DNA from: Epiperipatus broadwayi
Taxonomy: Eukaryota > Animalia > Onychophora
DNA length: 64,000 bases
Assembly: GCA_028023455.1 (NCBI GenBank)
Contig: JAQFVV010000001.1
Coordinates: 33,480,001-33,544,000, forward strand
Direction of reading: 5' to 3'
In this document: piece by piece, positions 1-12,002 of the stretch
How positions within the stretch are numbered: position 1 is the first letter of the stretch
How the letters are laid out: each line of letters opens with the position of its first letter
Made by a program: the position numbers and the translations under genes
The notes under the pieces: model-generated
Databases searched by the model: none
What the model was told of the DNA's origin: nothing
What the model saw: only the letters and a program-made list of their open reading frames with translations

Positions 1-862
1 TAATTTTTTTTATTTGTTTTAATTTTATTTAAATATATTTGCAAATAGCAGAAAATAACATGTAGTTTTTGAAAAAACCTTCTATTGGTATTAAAAAAAA
101 AAACATTATATAGACAGTGCACAAAAAAATAAATTATAAAAATTACACCATTAATTTAATTTTTTAAATTTTATTTTAATATATAACGCTCAACCATGCA
201 TGAGAACAAAATATCATCCCTAATGGTAGTACTACACCATTATTGCCATTGTTGAAATACTTAAAATTATTAATAATAAAAATGTAACTGTCCTTTGCTT
301 ATTAATAAACAGATTGTAGGCTATTTTTGCATGGGTTTAATAATGTTTTTCTATTCTATTTAATTTTTAAACTTATTAAAATATGAAAACCATTATAATT
401 GCTTATTTTTTCTTATATAAAATATTTGATTTTATGATGAAGTTTCCTGAATTTATCGCCATCACTATTTTACATATGTGTACTTTTTAATTCTTTGAGT
501 ACTCTGTTTTGGGAGGCACTTGGATTTTTTTAGTAGATTTTTTTCAATTATATTTTTTTTTGTAAAGATATTCTTTAGATTTTAAATAAATTTTATTTAA
601 ATCATATGTCCAAATAATAAAATTAACCTTAGAGGGGGGGGGGGAGAGCTTTTCCAGTTAAAATACAATAATAAAAAAGACAGTAATGCTTGTATCAATG
701 AAGCATGTTTTTTGTCTGACATAACTTAAATTTTTTGCAAGTTTATTTATTGTTTAAAAATAAAGTAATATAAAAAGTGGTATGTAAATATCAGATACTT
801 ATTAGAAATATATATTTAATAATCTAACAGAAAATTATGAATTGGTAAATAAAAAAAACTTA

Positions 863-1026
863 TTTTTCCTCAACATCAATGTAATCAATAGGCTATGTTC
901 TTCAAATGCAGAAGTATATTTTCTCCTAAATAGAAGTACCACTTTTTTTCCTCTCAACATTAATGTAATCAATATTATTGGCTATATTGCTTAGGTGCAG
1001 AAGTGTATTCTGTTCTGAATAGAGGA
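863..1026 (+). repeat. Diverged tandem duplication, about 85 bp
   Basis: tcaacat(c/t)aatgtaatcaata..ggctat..tgcagaagt.tatt twice. Confidence 0.7.
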
Positions 1027-3224
1027 TTTCCCTCTATCTTTGACATTGATTATTACTGTCATCTAATCATAATAATTAAAATTAAAATCTTAAACTGTTA
1101 AAAACAATTTTTAATCCTAAAAAATTATATCATTTTTTACTTCATGTTTTATCATCAATAGATCTAGGAAGATTAGAGCTTCTGAAACCAAATCACAATA
1201 ATTAGCGCCAGTGCGAGAATTATGTGCAGATCATGCATGGGTTAATTATTATTATTTTTCATCATAATAAATACTGTATGCAAATGTCTGTTCACATTTG
1301 TAAAATTTTTGATTCCAAAAAAAAAAAAAATCAGATTGAAGGATTTTGGAATGATAATCATCCTGTATACAATATTAAACATAATTAAATTCAATAGAAA
1401 AAACTTCATTCTGTAATTTCATTGTTTATTTCGGAATCAGTGGCCTGAAATGACAGAAATAAATTTCTAAATGAACAACGGGATAGTGACATATTAGAAA
1501 AAAATGTTTTATTCAGACGATGATTAGTTTATTTACAGTTGTGTGTGAAACAATGAGTATGTGTTATCATACCTTTGGGGAAACTTAAAAATAAAAAACA
1601 ACGGCAGTGTAGTATGATTCAAATACTTAAACAAATCTTTCAAATTTAAATTTGCAATACTGATAATAAAAAGCATAGCTATTGTGAAGAAACAATTAGA
1701 AATATTATTGAGCAAAGTGTTAAAAGTAACAATTACTGAGCTTCATTACCACATTATGTTCTGCATACATATAATATAGGAATAATATAAAAAGTGGAAG
1801 AGTGGCACCATGTAGTCATAAATTATGGTCTAACAATTTGGATCAGGTGCCAATAAATATAAAGTTTCTGCTAGCTGATCAGCTATTATCTCTGAGCTGT
1901 TTATCAGGTATATTTGTATTAATAAAGTAGTTATAGTAGTCAGTTACATCAGGTTATCATCACTAACAATGTTTAATAATATGTTGCTGAAATATTGTCT
2001 ATTCTAAATGTAAACTCTGAAGCCATTTTCCAACAGGATAATTTATTTATATACCTGAATCATTACTGGATGATGCCTGCATATTTCTAATGAGTTTAGT
2101 GAGTTTTAATTCTTGTGTAGACTAGTGTACATAAATTCGTATATGTGTATATGAATGAAATACTTTTCAATTAAAATATAAAAAATATATAGGGTGGGGT
2201 ATAAATTAGTTAAAGTGATACAATACATATTCACAAAATTGGAACAAATTAAAGAAGAAAAAAAAATTTTTTTTTTCATTTTTTTATATATTCAGTTTCT
2301 TTAGATATATTTTAGGACAACCCTTAATTGTATTGACTTGATTCAAAATATTAACTTTCTCAAGTTTTATGCTAATAGAAAAACATTTTCTTTTTTTAGC
2401 AAATGAATTTTTTTATATTGTTTTCACAGGAAATTTCAATTAGGAAATACTTTCAAAATTATAAGATTAAATGTTGCAAGTCTCATCCTTGATGCTGTTT
2501 ATTTATATCCTTCATAGAGTTTAAAATTGGATTATGATTACTAATTGGATGCAATAGTTTTTCACTCACCATAGTAATAATAGATCAACTGATTTTTTTT
2601 TTTGTATTTTGAATTAAAATTAATATAAAATCAAAGAACACTTATTTTACATTACTATTTAAAATGCTTTAATTAATTTTTTGAAATGCTCATTTAAAAA
2701 TAATGAATGTTTTTTTTTTTTTAAATTTGTGTAAGTAGCAAATTTACAAAACATTATGATTATACTAGTACATATATGTGTTACTGTTCTTGTAATAGAA
2801 TCTGATAAGTATTAATAATCACCAGTTATTATTTATTATTAATAATTACTGTTTTTTTTTTGTCAAAAGTGATAAATAATATATATAAATCACACTAACA
2901 AGATAATTACTAATAATTATCAGTGAAGTTTAATAAATGTAATAAAAATATCTTTTATAATATTGTTTTTTATGTATTATGTTAATATTTAGTGATTTTT
3001 TATTTATTGTTGTATTATTTATTACAACAATCACATTATATTTATCACTTAAATAAGTTCTTGACAAAACTTTTATTTAATAAACCAAAACAAAAAGAAG
3101 TTTATGAAATTGCACAAAGTTATGATATACAAATTAAATAAAATTAATAATACAAAACAAATAGGAAACTAATTAGATAAAAATTTTACATTTTTTTAAA
3201 ATTAAAAGCAATTACAAACTATTT

Positions 3225-4690
3225 ATATATAAAATTTACATTGCAAAGAATCTTGGATTTTTTTACATTTGCAGCAATTTGAGTCACAATCGCCTGTACA
3301 ATTGCAATGTTGGAATCCTTGACCACCTTAATTGGAATTCCCATAAGCACACTCTTTTAAAGTTATTTCCATATCTGAAACTTCATTAATTGAAATTAAA
3401 ATTTCTTTGCAGACTGTACATTCATTAATGGCATAGAACTGATTTAAAATGCCATATTTCATACTGATTTTATATAAATTATTATTTTTAATTGATATTA
3501 TAGCAGCTATAATATTCCGGTTATTGACTTTACCTCTATCTACATCTGAGATTCTTTTCTGATCGCTGCATTCTCCTACATTTGCAGTTGGAAATTTCGT
3601 CTTCGAAAGTCATAACACATTTCCAGTTTGTTTATTCAGACTGCTTTAGCAGAGTTTTGATAGAGCTGCAGATTTCATTGAATCATTGAGCATAAAATGA
3701 GAATTTTCCTTGGTCTTTTCACTATTTTCAATATTTCCAATATTTTTGCCATTATTATCTTCCATGTTGTTTGGCAATATTTCAGAAAAATATGGTTGAT
3801 CTACAATTTGGATAGCACTTCCATTTCTATTTTTGTTCGGATCTTCAACTGTTATTAACTGCAAGTCTTCATCCAAATCATTTACTTCCACTTCATTATT
3901 ATTCTCTATTGTAATATTGCAATTCCTTTCTGAGGCTCTCTTTAGAGTTTGACATCATTATTGGATTGATCTTTTAATATCATCTCAAGATCTTCTTTAC
4001 TAGTGATTTCTGATAAAATTTCAACTCACAAGTAATTTTCAAATCTATTCTTGATTTACAACCAACATAGCCAAGTACGTACTGCGAAGTGCTGGATCTA
4101 TTTTTCATAAATTGAATGAAATTTAATCAATCCAATCATTTTGTTGTATTGTTTATTTCAAGATAGGGGGATAACATATTTTCAATGTCTTGATTTACTT
4201 TTTCAGTTGAGCCTTGTGACTGTTTATATCTCAGTTTTTCATGAACAATTTTAAGTTCATCTCACATTCTGCAGACTTCTTCAATAATTCGAGATGTATT
4301 GTGCTCCAAAGATTGTAAATATATCCAATAATAATATATCCAATAATTGGTTAACAATTTCCTTTGCATGTTTTATTTTGATAAACCATTATAAATTTAT
4401 AAATGCCATCTGCTTGCAATTGCATGTTTATCAGATCAACCTAATATCTTGAATTGAATTGACTGCTTTTAATTGGTTTCACAATGAATCCTGTTTTTGG
4501 AATGCTTAGTTTCTTTTGACAGAGTTCACAAAGATTTCAATTCAGCATAACAGTTTCTATTGTATTGTTTTTATAATTTGCTTTAAGTTTGTTCATCATC
4601 CTGTTTTGCCCCGCATTACCAATTGCAATATGGATCTCATGAATTAATTGAAATTCTCTTCAGTGCAATATATTATAATGGTCGGGGCAT
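3225..4690 (-). pseudogene. KRBA2/SCAND3-like integrase (Ginger-type transposase): zinc-binding region, core and Cys-rich C-terminus, disrupted
   Basis: Minus-strand translation across stops and frameshifts: IHEIHIAIGNAGQNRMMNKLKANYKN..LCELCQKK..GFIVKPIKSSQFNSRY*VDLINMQ..YKFIMVYQ, LLDIFTIFGA, LKIVHEKLRYKQSQGSTEKVNQDIENML, GGQGFQHCNCTGDCDSNCCKCKKSKILCN. These match this integrase family as I recall it. Confidence 0.9.
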
Positions 4691-4694
4691 ATTG

Positions 4695-5790
4695 GAGTCT
4701 TACCATATCTGCCGTACAAGGGCGCCACCAGGCCATTCAAACCTGGAAAATTTGTATAGTAGGCAGATAATTACAGTAAGATTCAGCATTTAAATAAATA
4801 CGGCCGTAATGCCCCATTCACTAGCTCGTGGGACAGCAGAGATAATGTATACTATATTTTAAAGAAAGATAAAAAAAAAAATAAGAATCGGCTCTACTGC
4901 TAGATTAGCAATACACAGAAACATTTATTTTGCACATATATAAAATTCAGAATTATTTATTTTAATATAATACTTTAGAATTTGATTTAATTTACATTTT
5001 AACTTTTTATTTTATAAGTTCGCACAGATGGATTATTTAATATTTTATTAGTGTCGAGTATGGATAGACTATATAGATTGCATTCGAAAAAGAAAATATT
5101 CTATATCCCTTATTTAACTCTAGGTCAAAAGTTCGCAGTCAAACTAACGCCAATCTATTTTATATATCGATGTATTCAATGCAACATGAACACAACAGCA
5201 CAATACCGTACTGTCAGAAATATACATCTGAACAGCATGGTTATTTAGAAGAAATGTCTCTCATCCAGTACAGGAATACTTCATCTGTCTGGTGAGAAGA
5301 TCAATAAAAAAAAAAACTCTATAGGAAGAGATTTTGGTCTTTTTGCCGACTTACCATCCCATTCCATAGGCTAAAGGGGTGGGCAATAAGAAATGGGACT
5401 ATTTTGCCCAAGTGCGTCATATAATGTGATCCTGCACATAGCGGATCTTCGTACTACATTTACTAATTACACCAATACGTCCAACCCATTAACCCAATTT
5501 AACTGCGAAACAAATAACCTAAGATTAACCTCCCTTAAACTAACATAACTTTATGAATCTATGGAATCATCCCCATCCAACTTAAATTTAAAATTATTTA
5601 AAAGTTTTAGCTTAATAAAAAAAAAACCATAATAAACACTCAAAAAGACAAAAAAAAAAAAAATAATGAAAATGATTTAAAAATACATATAATAAAAATA
5701 ATTATTAATAAATTATTTAGTTTAGACGGATAGGAGTTTATATTGCTATTTAAATACTGGAAAAAGTTTTATATTTAAAGTTCATGAATC
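4695..5790. mobile_element. Unclassified dispersed repeat, copy A (may extend to about 6240)
   Basis: Collinear similarity to 8016-9370 and 60405-61505: gagtcttacc-tatctgccgtac-ccaggccatt stem-loop, cactagctc, atcgatgt..caatgc, ctcatccagtacaggaat, ttaaactaac, aatactggaaaaagtt. Confidence 0.75.
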
Positions 5791-6438
5791 CATACTTTAT
5801 CGTTGCTTGTGATTTAGATTCCGTGTTGTTTCTAATTCCCATAGTGTCCTCTGGAGGCCAGTGTATTCATTCAGAGGTCCTTTGCTCTAGCTGGTATAGC
5901 TCTTTGCTGGATTTTATTGCAGGACCCGTGTCCTGGGGTCTGCAATATAGGAAAATGATACTTCATTTTTTTTTCTTTTGGAAAAACTTAAGTAATTGAA
6001 AATACGTCTTTTCGATCCCTTCTCTTTCAACTCTCCTATTGAAAACTGACTTTTATTTCAAATATTTTGATTTTTATATTAAACCTCCAGATTAACTGAA
6101 CATGACATCATAATGATGATTCTTTTACTATGGTCCGTTTCCTGAGGGATTTTATTGGTTATTCTGTTCTTATTGTTTTTATCTTCTATCTGATCTTTAA
6201 TTATAAATTTTGAGATGCCCAAGGGCTAGTTTACTTAAACTAATTAAAATTAATCATTTCCATTTTTAGGCTTTGTACAATAGAAGTAATTAAATTTTGT
6301 ACATTCTTAAAGATATACTTTTATTTTTAAATCTTGTAAGTTTTTACTTAAAATTTAGTTTTAAAATACTTTTTTTTATATTTTAGTAAAGTTTTCTTTT
6401 AATATTTTTCCATCTGTGCGATTTTATATATATATACA

Positions 6439-7408
6439 CACCTGGGTCTCGTCTTATGCAATAGATAGGTTCCTCAGAAAACACGCGCAAACAAAATCGT
6501 GCAAAAATAGACGTAACTTACCTTGAAAAAGGGGGGATGCAGACTGATTTTTCAAAGATCGCATAAAAGCAAAGCACCAACGTAAAATTACTTTAAAATT
6601 CACGCAAAAAAAAAAAAAAATAGGGAAATAAAATATGACTAATAAAAAATTTCAAATTTGAAAAAAATTGATACAAGACAAACTTTTTTTAACTATAATA
6701 TTTAATTTTATTCAAAACAATATATTTTTATGCATAATTTACAGTAATTTAACATTTTTTATACACGTTTTAATTATTATCGCTATTTGCTGTTAAACAG
6801 GTTCGTTTGCAAACTGGTAAAAAATCAGATTCTTCCCAAGAGGAAATACAACTAGCGCCAATGTCACTCTTATGTTGTGTTAATGGTTTTCTGGTGACGA
6901 CGTAATTAGTGATTAATCTAATAATTAAAAATTAAATTCTTATTTTTGTCTTTAATTTTTTAATTTTCAATTTTAATTGTGCCTACTGCTATTACTCACC
7001 TTTTAAAAATAAACTTGCGGACACTAAATGATTAATAATTGATTACGTTCTTTTTTAAAAAGCAAAAACAGAATGTGATTTAAAATGCAAAATTAACACG
7101 CACAATGTTTGAACAAATTTACATTATAATCTTGTAAAATTTAATGTGTGTATACATAAAATGTGGAAATCATGATTTTAATTTCATTATTGCATAAAAT
7201 CTTACTATTATAAAGCACTGAAAATATTGAAATTACTAAGATGAAAGTCGAATTCCAATAATGTGCTATTACTTTCAATATGACGTAAGTGCGCGAAATT
7301 TACTATATAAAGTAATAGCGCATTATCAGAGGTCGACTTCCGGAGAAACGTGAATCGCGTAACTTCAAAATCGCGTTAAATAAATCCGTGTAAAAAGAGA
7401 CCCAGGTG
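6439..7408 (+). mobile_element. Non-autonomous TA-type TIR element (Tc1/mariner-pogo-like MITE), subtype 1
   Basis: TIRs cacctgggtctc...gagacccaggtg, TA on the right flank, near full-length similarity to 25602-26568. Confidence 0.9.
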
Positions 7409-8015
7409 TATATGAATTTAGATGACTTAATTTTTCAATTTTTAATTCTTAAAAACAAACTTTTATTTGCAAACTTTTTTATTTTTAATTTCTAATTTTA
7501 TTTATTAGAATAATGTAACAGCATGTGTGCCGTTACTTATCAGTAAACTTGCTTAAATAAAAAAAATAAATTTTTACTTAGGGTTAGTAATTATGGTACA
7601 CAATTAATGACGCCAATTTACAAAGACTTATTCGAGTAGTAATTTTACAAAAAGAGACTACATACAAAAAAAATGTTGACTATTATTTTCCTTTGGACCA
7701 TCCACGCTTACGCCTCCTTCCCCAAGAGTTTCCTTTTCTCTACATTTCATTTCTAACACAACAAACAACTTAATTATTTAAGGAGGTTGCACTGAAGTAC
7801 ATACATATTTAAGGGATAATGAGTCTATACATGTATATTTGCAACAATTATATATAACACAACTTATTTAAGTATTACTTGAAATACTTAAATGGGGTTA
7901 CACTGAGGTAGCTTCCCAAAAAAACACGCATCCTGAGGTGCCACATTTACAGTCATAAACTTACATGGCTGTGCTCACTTATACACTTTAAAGCATAATA
8001 TATATTGAGAAATTT

Positions 8016-9370
8016 GAGTCTTACCGTATCTGCCGTACAGGGTGCCACCAGGCCATTTGAACCTGGAATATTTGTATAGTAGGCAGATACGTATTGTTAG
8101 AGATCCAACTTTATTTTATTATAATTATATATTGACCATTAGCTCTTGCCACTAGCTCAAGGAATAACAGAGGTTTAAAATATATTTATTAAAATATATT
8201 TTTAATAAAGATAAAAAACAAAAAAAACTAAATCACTGCCAGTACTAATAACACAAAAGATTTTATTTATGTATATATAACAACAAATTTGAAAAATAAA
8301 TTACTAAAAAAAAAATGCTTTAGGTTTCATTATTTTTTTTAACTTTAAATTTTAATCTTAGAATGTTGAGCATAGATATAGGCTACCCAGACTACGCGCC
8401 TAAAAGATTTTCAAAACATTTGATTCCAGGCTAAAAGTCCACAGCCATACCAATGCTCGCTTCCTGATATATAGATGCAACCAATGCAATGCGAACATGT
8501 TAGCATAAAACCACACTGACAGGAGCATCTGCCGCATGATATTATTTAAAGGACATGATCCTCATCCAGTACAGGAATGTGCGTCTGTCTCGCGAGTGAA
8601 TCGTGTATAAAATATTAAAGAGAAATGCTACATATGGATGGGAGCGCGGTCTATTTTGCCAATTTATAGTCTACTTATAGAGCTAAAAGAGGTCTATGTC
8701 ATGGGAAGTACTCCTTGTCCATTTCAACGCAATGACTACATCTTTGGGGTCATGCATTCAGTTGGCCATGTTGCCCTGTATGCTAACACATTTCACATTA
8801 CATTGATATAAACATTCATATATCTCTCCACCGGTATTGACACAACTATGAAAAAATAGTCTGAAATCAAAACCCCTTTAAACTAACATACACTTAAACG
8901 AGTCTAAGCAGCCATCTACACCCAACTTATATTTAAATCAATTTAATAATTTAATTTATTCTTTAAAAAAATATTTAATTTCAGGTATTAACTTATTTTA
9001 AAATCACACATGTATCTAACTTATTTTAAAATCAAATAAAGCATTTGACCTTTTTTTAAAATCCAATAATGCACAAATAATGATATGTATTGATTTTATC
9101 TTTAAATTTGTTTGCAATCACAAACTCCTGCCCTATTACCAACAAACCTTATATTAAGCATTAAAAAAAATATAATACATATTTTAAAAAGATTACGTTT
9201 TTAACTTTTAGAAAATACTTTGAAAATTGCAAAGTTTATAAAAGAAAGTTCAGATTTGCTCATGTGAGAAAGTCTATACTTCATATTTAAAGGAAAATAA
9301 AGTTTGGAGATTCTAAACTAATTAAAGACAGTTTATAGTTCATTTTTATCATTAATGATTTATACTTTCC
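8016..9370. mobile_element. Unclassified dispersed repeat, copy B (may extend to about 9990)
   Basis: Same landmarks in the same order and spacing as copy A; exact shared 18-mer ctcatccagtacaggaat. Confidence 0.75.
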
Positions 9371-10089
9371 TTTCTTTCTCCAGGCTCGTTCCTTCGCAAT
9401 GAAAATCTGAGTTTACACAGGAACCATTTCTTGCGGATGATGATGAATTATGAAGACAGTTCCTGTGGTTCGATCCTGGGATATACGGAAATGAAAGCTG
9501 CCTTCGGCCGGCCAGTCCGAGGGAACCGTGATTAAACATTACATTTTGATACCGGCAACAATAACTCAAGTTTCTTTTCTTTTTCAACGATGACAAACAA
9601 ATTCAAAAATTCTAATCTTCTCATTATTATTTCTTTTGAATTTTTCCTTTTATAGTCCTGAAGCGTCTTATCCAGGAATGCTCTTATCCATCTGACTTAT
9701 TTCATATATGTACTTAATTGGTTCTGTGGTTAAGTAGATTTTTCCTCTCTGGTCTGTGTGCATATATATCTTGGGCGAGGAAAGCAAGTCTTTTGTTTCT
9801 ATCTCTTCACTCTTATCTATTTCATAATCTTTTTAATGGTCATTTTCCCCTAAGGACATGTTTGTAATTTCATTTTTGTTAAGAAAGAACTCTTCGTTAT
9901 TTTTAATATTAAAAGGTTTTTATTGTTTTATTTTAAGATTAGAATCTTTGCTTCGATTCTATAAATTCTTTAAGCTTATTTTATTTTCAATACTTAAATG
10001 TTACTTATTAATAAATTAATAACTCATTATTTGTGCATTTTGAACATCTGTGCATTTAACTCATTATTAGATATCTACAAAAAAAAATG

Positions 10090-10400
10090 TAAATGTAATA
10101 TATATAAATATTCCATTACAATATAATTGGTTCTTTTCCATTTTTAACTGGTACAATGAGTTTTTCAACACTTTGGATTTTTATTATATCATATCTTGAT
10201 AACCACCCATTAGTATTCTGCAAGTAATTTGCTGGAAATCTTTTTTTTTGTATAAGTTGTAGCAAAAATGAATAATACTCTTCTCTTGTAAATAACTGAT
10301 GATTTTTTCTCTTTTCCAATTATTTGATCATTAAATCTTTCTTCATTACGTGTGAATCCTCCATTATGCTTATGGATAATGTAAAATTAATGAAGACTTA
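10090..10400 (-). pseudogene. N-terminal fragment of the same Ginger/KRBA2-like transposase
   Basis: ORF 10116-10319: KNHQLFTREEYYSFLLQL...LSRYDIIKIQSVEKLIVPVKNGKEPII, typical of the region upstream of the HHCC motif in this family. Confidence 0.8.
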
Positions 10401-11400
10401 AAAACAATGTGCTAGTCACACTAGCGATAGATGTAAATAAAAAAAGCAATTTTCCAATAATATAATAAACACTAAGCATATGGTTAGTGAGAACCCAACG
10501 ATATGATTCCTATCCTCTGAAATACAGAGAAGATTTGAACCTAGTGTATTGAAATTTATTAAATCTACTATTGACAGTTGCGAAAACCTAACATACTGAA
10601 ATTTATTAAATTTAACATTGTGGAAATTATTAATAACTACTAGTTCATGTGATATATTTTTTAAAATTAATAATAGCTGGTAATTATTAATACAAACCAA
10701 CTAATCACTTCATCTATAATATATGCATTTAGAATATTTCATTGTATAGAACAAAAAGGTAATTTAGGCAATGATTTTGCATATATGTATTTTTTAAATA
10801 TAATCAAAAAAAATTTATAAATTTAAATAGTTAGTAGTTAAGATTTGAAAATGTAAGTAGAAGTTCTGAAGAAGATTGATTGCTGGGGCAATCAAAACGT
10901 CAATCAAAACGTCAATCAAGATGGGTTGTAATTATATGAAGCATTGTAAAAGTAATAAAGAACGCAAATGATATTAATATTTATGGATTTGGCTATGCAC
11001 TAAGAAAGATAATACTTTATAAAAAATAGATAGTACTTTGATTTTTTATAAAACATTATTTACAAAAACAAACTTATAAATTGCATTTAAACATTATCAA
11101 CCTTTTGTAATTCTTGCTATCTCTTGGCAAGAATAGTACAATCATCATACTTATAGTAAATCTAGAAACCAATACATTTTATTTTTACTTTTAATAATTC
11201 CCATCAGCAAACATATATCATATCTTTAATGACAATTTTTATTTCAAAAACCTTCATTTTTCTAACATCAGCGATGATGCTTTTTTACACTCTATTATTT
11301 AGAAGCTATATAATATAAACATTAATGACAACCAGTTAATTTCAAATATTGCTGCAAATCTTTTTAATGTCCAAGCAAAATTGATAAAAAGTGATAAATA

Positions 11401-12002
11401 CCGCATTTCTCTGAAAATAAGACCGAACCAGAAAATAAACCCTAGCATGACTTTTTAGGATGATTGTAATATAAGACCTACCCCAAAAATAAGCCCTAGT
11501 TAGAAAGAGAAAGAAAATACTGTACAAATGTTATTTCACTATCTTGCAAATGCATTTTGATATAGTCACAGAAGCACTGATCTGGTATTATAAAGAAGTT
11601 CTAAGATCATCAGATCATATGCTTGCCAAATAATCAATCAGAATTTTGACACAACACATGTGTGAACCTCTGGTGATAAGAAAATATTTAGTGTATTGTC
11701 AAATGTATTAGGTTTTTTTTGTTTTAAATCGAAAATTAATCAGAAGAGCGTATGCTTTGGAATTATTAACCTTATTATTATATACATCATGGGTTATGAC
11801 AAACTTGCTTACAATTATATACTCATGTAAAATAAAGATATGATTTCAGAATTTTATTTCCTGCAATTTTTTGTCACTTATTTTAACATAAATAAATCAC
11901 TTGTGCATGTAAATAATAAGACATTCTCTGAAAATAAACCCTGAGGTGTGTTTTGTAGTAAAAATTGATATAAGATGGTGTCTTATTTTTAGGGAAAGAC
12001 AA
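11401..12002. mobile_element. pogo/Tc2-like MITE
   Basis: TA-ccgcatttctctgaaaataagacc at left and gtcttatttttagggaaagacaa-TA at right, with repeated subterminal aaaataa(g/a)ccc motifs. Confidence 0.7.

Larger units (their letters stand above)
2785..10753 (-). mobile_element. Ginger-like (integrase-type DDE) DNA transposon, interrupted by nested insertions
   Basis: Begins TGTTCT at 2785 and ends AGAACA at 10753 (TGT...ACA). Imperfect inverted match gtattaataatcaccagttattatt (about 2809) versus aataatagctggtaattattaatac (about 10670-10695). Transposase N-terminal piece at 10.1-10.4 kb and core plus C-terminus at 3.2-4.7 kb are on the same strand in the expected order. No TSD recognisable. Confidence 0.6.

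Noticed and set aside
5161-5290. YRCxQC region as a Penelope GIY-YIG endonuclease
   Set aside because: No YIG/T motif after the cysteines, and R-to-H spacing does not fit.
8360-8390. Minus-strand GA*SG*PIS in copy B resembling the RT motif GVRQGDPLS
   Set aside because: Not reproduced in copies A or C, two stops, and no flanking RT motifs at the right spacing.
10860-10925. CTGAAGA followed by the hairpin ttgattgc-tggg-gcaatcaa
   Set aside because: Followed by AAAC rather than GAAA, and stems I and III are absent.
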